A stretch of 64,000 bases of DNA from Eledone cirrhosa. Lineage: Eukaryota. Where the stretch lies: contig OZ024744.1 in the NCBI GenBank assembly GCA_964016885.1, positions 97,836,001 through 97,900,000 on the forward strand. The letters run 5' to 3'. Positions 52,445 to 64,000 of the stretch are shown here, one piece after another; the stretch's first letter is position 1; each line of letters begins with the position of its first letter. The notes under the pieces are model-generated. The model saw nothing but the letters and a program-made list of their open reading frames with translations. It did not search any database and was not told where the DNA came from. Made by a program: the position numbers and the translations under genes.

Positions 52445-53345
52445 TAATAAAAATAATGAATAAAAACAAAGAAACAGTTCCTTATATTAAAAAATTCATC
52501 ATTTTACGATCGTTTCTAGGATATATATGTGTGTGTTGGTATGTATATCATATAGATCTATGTAAAATTTTTACAAACTATCAGAGGTAATATACATACC
52601 TACACATATATATGCTTTACATCTAACTCTTATTTATCATATCTAAATGAATTAATATAAATTTATCAATATAAATATACCTATCAATTTAATTAATTTA
52701 TTTCCTTTTATAGATGTAAATTCCTTATGTTTTAAATAAGATTGATATTTTTCACTAACACATTTATCGTAAAATTTTATTCTCCTTAGATATTTACATT
52801 AGCATTATTCTTTTATAACATCAAATTTTCGTGTACCTTTTACCGACTTGACCTATTTTCATCCCCAAAATAATCTTTTCATTCAATATACTCTTTCCAT
52901 TCAAAACTGAAATCTGCTTTCCTCTACCCCTAAATTACAGTTCCATTACTACTATTCTATCATGTTGACCACTTACTACCTTTCTATTGGTCAATTCAAA
53001 ACCTGTTCCCAAACAGACCTATTATATTAAATCTTTGTTGGTTTTTTTTCAATAAACAAATATCATTATTTCTGAAGACAGCATATATATGTGTAGGTAT
53101 GTATATTCCCTCTGATAGTTTGTAAAAATTTTACATAGATCTATATGATATACATACCAACATAAACATATATATCCTAGAAACGATCGTAAAATGATGA
53201 ATTTTTTAATATAAGGAACTGTTTCTTTGTTTTTATTCATTATTTTTATTAATTTATCTTGACTCTGTTTTCCTGTGATTTTCATCGAAAAAAAATTTTG
53301 AATACATCTTCTCTTTTCATGATATTTGGATTACATAGAGTTCTT
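52441..53345 (+). mobile_element. ORF-less PLE-type terminus with 175-bp inverted repeats
   Basis: 52441-52616 is the reverse complement of 53080-53255; contains a hammerhead; (TA)n flanks. Confidence 0.75.
53063..53200 (+). ncRNA. Type I hammerhead with ~100-nt stem II
   Basis: TCATTATTT-CTGAAGA-[long hairpin]-GAAAC-GATC-GTA-AAATGATGA. Confidence 0.75.
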
Positions 53346-53428
53346 CATATGGATTGGACACTACCGTATATGTTGGTAGATTTATCTACATATATATATA
53401 TATATATACGTATGTGTATATATATATA

Positions 53429-53528
<100 letters not shown>

Positions 53529-53571
53529 TATATACGTATGTGTATATATATATATATGTATACATGTATAC

Positions 53572-53657
<86 letters not shown>

Positions 53658-53694
53658 GTATACATGTATACGTATATATATATATATATGTGTG

Positions 53695-53726
<32 letters not shown>

Positions 53727-53734
53727 TATACACA

Positions 53735-54299
53735 CCATAGTGTCAAACTATCCACGGAGTTTGAGGCAATCCAGCGAAGCTACACCAAGAGGATTGCCAA
53801 GATGAGGGAGACAAGCTACTGGGAGAGGCTAAAAGAACTGAACCTCTACTCCTTGGAGCGAAGACGGGAGAGATACGCAGTGATCTACATGTGGAAAATC
53901 CTGAAGGGACTAGCACCAAACTTTGGCATTTGGGAGCTGGACCCACCGTCGAACAGGATGTCACTGTGTGGTGTCACTGTCTTCAACATCTAGAATAAGG
54001 AGCAGATATTGCAATAGCCTGGGATTCAAGGGCCCTCAACTCTTCAACAAGTTGCCGAGGGATCTGAGAGATCTGCATGGTGTAGATGTGGATGTCTTCA
54101 AGAAACATCTCGACACCTTGCTATCCAGGATCCCGGATGAGCCCACAGCAAGGCACGAGGGAAACCTAACGGCTGCAGCAACAACGAACTCCCTCTTGCA
54201 TCAGTGGCCAACCTATACAGGCTGGAGATGAAATGTGTAGCAACAAGGGCGGTGCCCCAGCATGGCCTCAGCCGGATGGCTGAAACAGGTAAAAGAGTA
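53735..54299 (+). mobile_element. 5'-truncated CR1/L2-group LINE 3' end; a tiny related 3' end lies at 61815-61884
   Basis: [52 protein letters not shown]; tail (TAAAAGAG)n. Confidence 0.85.
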
Positions 54300-54381
54300 T
54301 ACATATATATACATGTATATATAATATATATAAATATATATATATATAAATGCATATATATATGTATATATATATATACAC

Positions 54382-54412
<31 letters not shown>

Positions 54413-54588
54413 CATATATATATACACATATATATATATATACATATATATATACATGTGGTATATATGTATGTATATATACACACGCACACATACACAC
54501 ACATACACACACACACACATATATATATATACATATATATATACATATATATATACATATATATACATATATATACATACATACCTAC

Positions 54589-54620
<32 letters not shown>

Positions 54621-54642
54621 CATATATATATACATTCATATC

Positions 54643-54726
<84 letters not shown>

Positions 54727-55268
54727 CTTTTTGCTACAATATTTTCTATACCTTTTATTTTTATATATATATATAGCTACATACATATATATATACATAT
54801 ATATATATATATTAAATAAATACGTCTATAGAATTAATGATACGTTGACATATATGAAGCTGTACTAGTGGCAAAATAAATTATTTGGCCTGTCTTTCAG
54901 TTGAAGCTAAACTCCATTGTAAGAATATATCATGAAATGATTAAAATTTCCCTTTTTTTTTAAACAAAATAAGCATTCATTTCATTTTCAAATGTCGAAA
55001 GTATAAGGAAATAATTTCAGCTTCCTCTGTTTGTTATTTATTTCCTAGTTGTTTTTTGTTATTGTTGCTGTTGTTGGTGTGATTGTTGTTGTTGTTGTTG
55101 TTGTTGTTGTTATTTATTTCCTAGTTGTTTTTGTTTTTGTTGCTGTTGGTGTTGTTGTTGCTGTTGTTGTTGTTGTTGTTGTAGTTGTTGGTTGTTGTTG
55201 TTGTTGTTGTTGTTGCTGCTGCTGCTGTTGTGGTTGTTGTTGTTGTTGTTGGTTGTTTCTGTTGTTGC

Positions 55269-55299
<31 letters not shown>

Positions 55300-55454
55300 G
55301 ATGCTGCTGTTGTTGTTGCTTTTGTTTGTTTTTGGTTTTTGTTGCCGTTGTTATTGTTGTTGTTGCTGTTGCTCTTGTTGCTGTTGTTGCTGCTGCTGTT
55401 GTTGTTGCTTTTGTTTTTGTTGTTTTTCTCCCCGTCCCTCTATCCCCTGCCTCC

Positions 55455-55492
<38 letters not shown>

Positions 55493-56048
55493 TTCTCTCT
55501 CTCTCTCTTGTTTATGTGGGTGAATGTGCTAGAATGTGGGTGAGATAATGAGGAAATCAAATATAAGTTATTTGATCTACCCAAATGCATACCGGAAAGG
55601 GTCTCATCTGGTGCGTGTGGGTCTGGATCTGGGTCTGGGTGTGGGTATGGGGGCTGGGTAAGGGTTTGGGTGAGGTTTGGGGGCTCGATTAGTCTTCCTT
55701 TACTTCAACAACTATTTGATTGGTGATCCTACTCTTTACAAAACATTAGAAGCCGTGTTTAAGAAAACGCCAGGCCGACCATCACAAATCACAAAACTGA
55801 CTCGTTTTTTGTTGTTGTTGTTGTTTTGTTGTTGTTGTTGTTGTTGCTGTTGTTGTTTTTCTTTTTCTATTTAAGTAATTCTAGGCCATCTGTGTTGTTT
55901 TAGATGTACGTACATTTAGAACATACAATACACACTACTACTATTATAGATAGTGAGCATAAACACTTACACTTACGCACACACATACATAGACACACAC
56001 ATATATATATATCATATATATATATATATATATGCGTGTGTGTGTGTG

Positions 56049-56091
<43 letters not shown>

Positions 56092-56367
56092 GTATATATA
56101 TATAATATATAGATATATATATATATAATTGTTTCTACTTTTGGCGCAAGGCCAGCAATTATCTCAGTGTATTACTGGTACTTTATTTTATCGACCCCGT
56201 AAGGATGAAAGGCAAAGTTAACCTCGGCAGGATTTGAACTCAGACCATAAAAGGACGTAACTCTTTGCTGCAAAGCATGGCGTCCGACCCTCTACCGATA
56301 CTGCCAATATAATATACAATATAAAATATATATATATAATATAAAATATATATATATAATATATATA

Positions 56368-56459
<92 letters not shown>

Positions 56460-56593
56460 CTATATGTATATGTGAGTGAGTGAAAGAGCGAGAGAGAGGC
56501 TACGTGTGTATAGGAATACTAAACATTGGTTTAAGAAAAGAGTTGAAATGTAAAGTAAAACTTATAACTGTGTGTGTTTTTAGTACACACACA

Positions 56594-56636
<43 letters not shown>

Positions 56637-57129
56637 ATACACACACAATTTAGCGTCAATCTGAACAGAGGTTAAATCAGCAAGAAGGGGGATGTCCCGC
56701 CGCTTCACTAAGGCCAGAAAAAATAAAGAGGAAATCACTCTGATATCTCTCGATGTCTCATCGGATATGAGACAATGTTACCTAAAATGTACAAACTTCG
56801 ACAGAGTTAAGTCTGCTTTGTTAGTATAACAGTGCTGTTGAGTTTACATTTTAAAATTAAAATTAAACCACTTCAACATTAAAAATTAAATGTTGAAGTG
56901 GTGGAATATCTATCCAGAATTTTAAAAATATTTAGCTAAATCATGAGTTATAATATTATATATATAATCATTATAATTAGATTATATGAATAATCATGGT
57001 TGTAAGTACATTTTATCTTATTATATTACAACAGGTTGTAAGTATATAAATATCTATATAGATTAATAAATATATAAATATAAATATTATTGGCGATTAT
57101 ATGCTGTTATGTTTTATAGATATATAAAT

Positions 57130-58290
57130 ATTCATTTCATGTGTTTAGACAATCACTATTGCCTAATCTCTTTAGAATATTTATTCGTTCATCAATACAT
57201 AGTCCACACGACGGATTGCCCCTTGCGTATGGCTTGGACTTAGTGATGGCTTTCCATTGAATGGTTGATTTGGTCGGTTGGAAGTGACCACAGCTTCATA
57301 AACTACAGCGGGTGTGTTGCATTGCTGTTGAAGAGGACAAGCTTCGGGCTTACGGCAAGAGCACCCTGGTGGGGGTGTTGTTCTTAGGGCTGTTGGTGAT
57401 GTGGGCCTTCATGTTCTAAGCGCAGGAGTCTCCTAGTTTTACTTTGTGTCGGTTAAAGATGGAGCAGTATTTATGTGTCTATCTAAGAGGGCTAGAAATG
57501 TTTTGTCTACATTGGTTTTAACGTTGAGTGAGAAGGGAGGAGAGAACCAGATAGCTTGTCTATTGTTATGCTTTCTTTTCTTATTGCTATTGTTGTTAGT
57601 GGGAGAGTAAGTGATAGGTTGCGAGAAGCCGCTGTTAGCTAACGCCGTGTTATAGTAGGGTGCCGCCCTGTCAAAGATATCCTTATTAAGAGGAGAGGTC
57701 TGAGATTCTAGTACTGATATTATTTACGAAGTTTCTAAAAACAGTGGGAGGGTGGCATGAGTCCTTGTGAATGTAATTGAGTTTTTCGTTTAGCTTATGG
57801 AAGGGTCTGTAGGTGTGTGTGCGAAGGTCTAAATTAATGTCTAAGAAATCTACGCTAGAGAGGTTGGTAGCTACTGTTATCCTAAGTCCTAACTCATTGA
57901 AGGTATATTCCCGTGTGGAAGTCCGGGAATCTAACACGTAATATGTCTAAAATAAATAGGCCAACCAAGTCGCATACGTCAGCACTGTCAAATGATCCCA
58001 TGGAGACGTCGAATAGGTCTGAAGTTGGTGACTTGTTTGACCAGGCTACTCCGTTGTTGAAGAGGAGGGTTTTCCGGCAGTAAGCGATGATTTCCCTGTC
58101 TAAACCATCGACGGTAGTGTAAGTGGTAGCAAAGTCCAACGTTTTGTTTAACAGGGTCTCTGAAATCGACGGGTAAAAATCAACAATGTCAAACTGTGTA
58201 AACCTCGCTTTTTTGGATTTGAAGGAGTTAAACCACTTAATTACGGAGTCGCTGTTCTCCTACTGAGATAAGTTGGACTTGATTTAATTG
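57130..58290 (-). pseudogene. Deleted, degenerate PLE RT and GIY-YIG fragments
   Basis: QFDIVDFYPSI, FDVSMGSFDSADVCDLVGLFIL, DFLD, WFSPPFS; 57180-57263 matches 49410-49490. Confidence 0.88.
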
Positions 58291-59979
58291 AACAGAATAC
58301 TAATAGAAAAACCACTAATAACTATAGAAGATGTAGAGATAGAAAGTACTTATGGTTCAATCCAGTGTTTAACACCTCTATAAAAACAAAACTACCTTAT
58401 ACTTTCTTCAAATTAGTTGACAAACACTTCCCTAAAATTCATAAATATCATAAAATCTTTAATAGAAAAACTATCAAACTATCATACTCCACTGCCAACA
58501 ACATAGAATCGCACATACATAAAATTAACTATAAAAGAATTTATAATACAAGTAGCCCGCAAATAAGTGCCATAACACCTAATACAAAACATAAGCATAT
58601 AATATCATCACAACCAAACACACGTCAGAACACATCACCACAATACATCAACAAACCCAATTCTCAGCCCATACATAACAATTTACAAAACCATATTGAA
58701 GAACCGGCACATAGGAAAGCATCTAAATGTAATTGTCATCTACCTGACAAATGCCCATTACAAAATAGATGCCTAGAGTCTAATATAGTATACCTATGTA
58801 CTATAAATTCAGACAGCTTAGCATGGCACTACATAAGATCTACAGCTGGAGAATTTAAGAAAAGGTGGTATGTCCACAGACACTCTATGAATAACAGGAA
58901 GCTCAAAAATACAACTCTCGCCAATAAAATCTGGCAACTCAGAGATGCAAACATGGAATATAAAATCAGCTGGACGAAGCTATCAACAGCAACGGCCTAT
59001 TGAATTGGTATGTCCCACTGTGGTCTCTGTAATATGGAACTTTTCCAAATTTTAAATTAAAACAAAATGCTACTTAACAGTAAAATTGAAAGAACTATTT
59101 ACTGTAGGCATAAAACAGCGACCAAATTTGAGAACTTTAGACCAGCTTAATTCATCTTATCTATTCCATAACCCAAATTGTACCACTTAGATCTATTATG
59201 ATATCACATCATCATCATTGTTGTTATAATTGTCACCTATGCTTTGACGCACAGAGTTACGGCCCTTGCCATTCTGAGTTCGAATCCTGCCGAGGTTAAC
59301 TTTGCCTTTCATCCTTACGGAGTCGATAAAATAAAGTACCAGTAATGCACTGGGTAATTTCTGGCCTTGTGCCAAAAAGTAGAAACAATTATTGTTATAA
59401 TTGTTACCATCTATCAATGAACCAACATCAAAACCGTTTATATTTACATTCATATTTTATGTATCTCTATCTTTCTATCTCTGTTTCTCTCCCTAAATGT
59501 ATTTCATTCCTAGTATTTTATCTTATATCATTTTCACTTCTAATATAACATACAACTAATTAATCAAATAATTAATTAATCATATAATTAATTTATTAAA
59601 ATAACCAATACACACATAAATATATTTAACATAATTATATTTATACCTTCGCATCTCTCTATATTTTAACCACTTTCAATAATCTTAATATGTTTAAATT
59701 TCTTCGCACATTTTTACTTATTTATTTTCATATTTTCATATTTCCTATTTTGTATCATTTTGTATCATACTCGATATAATTTTTTTTATTTATTCATTTA
59801 TTTATTTACATTTATTCATGTATTAACATTTATTCATTTATTGTTGATATCATTATTTTCCATCTATTTTTCTTTTTTTTTTCTCTTACGTCATTTCTCC
59901 TCTATCTTTTCTCTCCTCTTTCTCTCCTCCTTTCTCTACATCTTTTTTCTCTCTATATCTTTCTGTTTTCATTTCTCCT

Positions 59980-60355
59980 TTTTCTTTTTCTTTTTCTTTT
60001 TCTTTTTCTTTTTCTTTTTCTTTTTCTTTTTTCTTTTTCTTTTTCTTTTTCTTTTTCTTTTTCTTTTTCTTTTTATTTTTATTTTTCTTTTTATTTTTAT
60101 TTTTATTTTTATTTTTATTTTTATTTTTATTTTTATTTTTATTTTTATTTTTATTTTTATTTTTATTTTTATTTTTATTTTTATTTTTATTTTTATTTTT
60201 ATTTTTATTTTTATTTTTATTTCTATTTTTATTTCTATTTTTATTTTTATTTTTATTTTTATTTTTATTTTTATTTTTATTTTTATTTTTATTTTTATTT
60301 TTATTTTTATTTTTATTTTTATTTTTATTTTTATTTTTATTTTTATTTTTATTTT
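59980..60355. repeat. (TTTTTC)n then (TTTTTA)n hexamer tracts
   Basis: Direct reading. Confidence 0.95.
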
Positions 60356-60583
60356 TCCTTTTTCTTTCTTTCCTTTATCTATCTCTCTTTCTTTCTTTTG
60401 TTCTCTCTCTATCTTTATTACTAATGCCGAGGTTAACTTTGCCTTTCATCCTTACGTGGTCGATAAAATAAAGTACCAGTAATACACTCAGATAATTGCT
60501 GGCCTTGTGCCAAAAAGTAGAAACAATTATTATTGATGCTGTAATTTGAATTTGTAGATTTGATGGTTATATATATTTTTATA

Positions 60584-60695
60584 ACAGTTTCTGATGACAT
60601 GATTGAGTTAACATCGTATTTAAAATTGAGTGGCACTGCTTCTAGTGTTCAGCAATTTTTAGACAACTCAATCGGAGAAACAATTGTTAGACTGT
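60584..60695 (+). ncRNA. Type I hammerhead with ~80-nt stem II
   Basis: ACAGTTT-CTGATGA-catGATTGAGTT...AACTCAATCgga-GAAAC-AATT-GTT-AGACTGT. Confidence 0.75.
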
Positions 60696-60910
60696 AAATA
60701 AATCCCTTTTTTGTACTGTTGACCATGTAATTCTTCACTTTTTCAATTTTATTACTCCAAGATAAACTTACATAGGAATAGAAGTAAAATCATAAACTCG
60801 TGATCTACGTAAACCTCTTGTTGAGTCAAATAAAGCCGTTCGCTAAAACTATCCATAATAAAGTATTCACAACCTCTAACTGGATTACCTATAACGATAT
60901 TTTGTTATCC

Positions 60911-61031
<121 letters not shown>

Positions 61032-61913
61032 TCAGGTATCAAATTTACGTATTTTCCTGTAAATTGGAAAAGTTATCAATATCATCAATCGAATTTCGAC
61101 ATCAAAAGCAGTCGGCCATTTTAAACTAAACTTTGCGGAGCCTATCCCTGGTCAATGTGTAAAATTCCGGAGAATGAGAGGGGACGAGGGAGAGAGAAAG
61201 TGGTAAAATAATATAGATGAAGAATCGATCCCAGTACTGGACAGATACTATATTCATATATGCTCCAAGTACCGGTCGGCCTCCGAGAGGTTTGCGGTCC
61301 GTGCCCTTGGCAAAGGAGACTTCTGGTGTCCTTGGCTCCAGGGCCACCTTCCTACTTACCCCCAAAGGCGCTGAGCTGGCCAGCCGCAGGCATGAGCCTC
61401 GCGAGATGGAATGACTCTTCCAGTGCATCTTCTCCTTTACCATCCTCCAGGGAAACGCCTTCTCCATTCTGTCCGCCGGGGTTGTGGGGCGGCCAGCACG
61501 TGGGACCCCATTTTCTCACTATACAGAGATGTGGGGAGGCCAAGAGAGATGGGGGCGATGACAGTGGGAGTTCGGCTTTTCTGTGTTCGGACATATTGCA
61601 CCTATCAAGAGTGTATTTTCATACTTGTGACCAACATTGTGAATTACTATTTATCTATATATCTAACTATAGTCATTGACCTTGAGTGGATGAAAGGTAA
61701 AGTTAACTTCGACGATATTTGAACTCGGAGTGCAGTAACGAAACCGGAACAATTATTGAGACTGTTTAATCAACCAATTCAACCATCTTCATACGACCAA
61801 ACGAGACTGGCTGCAAAAATGGCCTCAGCATGGCCTCAGCCGGTTGGCTGGAGCAGGTAAAAGAGTAAAAGAGTAAAAGAGTAATATAGTTTTGTAATTT
61901 TAATTACTAAATG

Positions 61914-62210
61914 TACGAGGGTCGTTTGAACGGTTCATAGACTGAAAAGTTCATAGAATGACCATGATACTCTCATGGAATGACCAAATGAGGTTTATAT
62001 TTCAACATAATCCCTGGAAAAAAGCAATGCCGTTATTAAGAAGAATAGTTGAAATTAATGCATGTAAGATTTCACAGCTCTAGCATCATTCCTTCATAGT
62101 CTGACCAAGATACTCTCATGGAATGACCAAATGAGATTTATTTTTCAACACAGTCCTTGGAAAGATACAATGTGTAGTTATTAATAAGAAGAGTTGAAAT
62201 TAATGTGTGT
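61914..62210. mobile_element. Possible mariner-type MITE end with a ~140-bp internal duplication
   Basis: TACGAGGGTCGTTTGAA start; TGACCA.GATACTCTCATGGAATGACCAAATGAG repeated at 61960 and 62102. Confidence 0.4.
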
Positions 62211-63119
62211 CTAGATGTATATGTGTATGTGCATGTGTGTGAGTGCATGTGAATGTACGTGTGTGTGTCTCTGTATGTGTATTTGTGTGTGTGTGTGTGT
62301 GTGTGAGTGAGTGAGTGAGTGTCTGTGTCTATATATTTGTATGCGTGTGTGAGTGGGTGTCTGTGCGTGTGTATTTGTATGTGTGTGCGTGTGAGTGTGT
62401 GTCTATGCCTGTGTATTTGTATGCGTATGTACTTGAGTGAGTGTGTCTGTGTGGGTCTGTGTATGTGTATTGCGTGTGTCTGTGTGTGAAGTATGTGTTT
62501 TTAATGTCTTAGAGTCTTCTATTAATCGGAGAGATAAAAATGTAAAGTTATGTTTGAAGTTGACATAGGAAGTCTGTCGAAAAATTATCCGACCTTTCTG
62601 TCGAAAGTAATGACGTTACGGCGACAAAAATGTGTAGAATGGAGTAACGTGCATTCATTCATACACGTGTGTGGTTTTTGGAGAGCTCGTAGTCGTGTGA
62701 GATACTGGACTACTTATTTGTTGCATTTTCATTTCGTACATGGCCTAGTGGTAAGGATGTTGAACTTATGATCATAATGTCGATGGTTCGATTCCTAGAC
62801 TGGGTTGTGTGTTATGTACTTGGGCAAAACACTTCATTTCACGTTGCTCCAGTATACTTAGTGGAGGTGTGTGGCCTAATGGTAAGGGTGTTAGACTTAC
62901 AATCATAATGTTGTAGGTTCGATTTCTGTACTGGGTTCTGTGTTGTGTTCTTGAGCAAAACACCTTATTTCATGTTGATCCAGTATACCCAGCTGAAAAA
63001 GAGTACCATTCTTCAACTTGACTGTAGTTGTGACATTACTGTCGGAGATAGTATTCATCTTAAATTTAATAAATAGTCTCCCACGCCAAAATATGCGACT
63101 GATTGCGTTGACTGATTGT

Positions 63120-64000
63120 ATGTATGTATGTGAAGGATACATCATTGGCTCACAGGAGGACAGAAATACGAACCTAACCCAAAATTTCTTTGTGGACGAT
63201 CTGAAACTCTATGCCAAGAACATGGATGGGATGAAGAAAAATCCTGGTTTCAACTTCTCAAAGGATATAGGAATGGAGTTTGGCCAAGATAAATGCTCAT
63301 ACATGACTGTAAAGCGGGGGAAAACAACAACCCAATTTAGCAACATTGTCATCAATGGCTTAACTGTTTCACCGATATCTGATGAGGACTGCTACAGATA
63401 CCTGGGGATAGATGAACACATATCCTATAATGGTATCTGTAATAAGGAACGCATAACCAGGGAATACTACACCTGATTAAGAAAGATATGGTCATCGGAA
63501 CTCTCTGCGCAAAACAAAACAGTAACTCTGTGCAAAACAAACAATGTGTTTGCTGTGCCTGTCCTAACACCAACGTTTGGAATACTCAATTGGACGATAG
63601 ACGAAATCTGAGCAATTCATGCTATAACTAAAAAAATACTAAACAACACCGGAAACTTCCACATCAACAGTGACATAGACCACCTTTACTTGAAACGTAA
63701 GCAGGGAGGCAGAGGCCTAACATCAGTCCAGACAGCATTTGAATGTCGCATCATATTCTTCCGACAACATCTACGAACCTCGAAGTGTAGGAGCCCATCT
63801 CTCGAGCAAGTCTATCTGCATGAAACAGATAAGATCATGAGAGTTGGGAAGGAACTCCTCGAGAGGTATTCCCTGTGTGATAATCCTGCATGGATATGTT
63901 GCCAGGAAGCTCCAGAGTGAGAGTAATATAGATAAAGAAAGTAGTCTATATTGGCTCCCACTTTGAAGGATACTCTTTTGCAAACTAAGGGCATCAACAC
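63120..64000 (+). pseudogene. Degenerate R4-clade RT fragment
   Basis: FFVDDLKLY, FSKDIGMEFGQDKC, YRYLG, SDIDHLYLKRKQGGRGL; parallels the 2697-6089 protein; contains stops. Confidence 0.88.

Noticed and set aside
56867-56903. 14-bp-arm palindrome as a terminator
   Set aside because: Eukaryotic AT-rich PLE 3' region; no functional support.
59001-59003. In-frame TGA in the PLE GIY-YIG domain as selenocysteine
   Set aside because: It aligns to a variable non-Cys position in the other PLE copies, and a TAA follows shortly; probably a nonsense mutation.

Overview
Eukaryotic, AT-rich, repeat-saturated genomic DNA. The SINE and microsatellite content resembles octopod cephalopod genomes (inference). 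I found no supportable host gene. Most ORFs in the track are microsatellite or satellite artefacts. Real coding content is all retroelement. An intact R4/Dong-clade RLE LINE (minus strand) and an intact two-ORF Tx1/L1-clade LINE (plus strand) sit head-to-head inside one (TTA)n tract, which is itself part of the 3' tail of an older RTE LINE. The window also holds an internally deleted Tx1 relative in (GATA)n, several Naiad-type Penelope-like elements with type I hammerhead ribozymes (two with unusually long stem II), and degenerate RTE, CR1-like and R4 fragments. Other contents are two tRNA-derived SINE families, a MITE, Helitron-like ends, three kinds of minisatellite (one visibly amplified from codons of a LINE ORF) and a 200-N scaffold gap.
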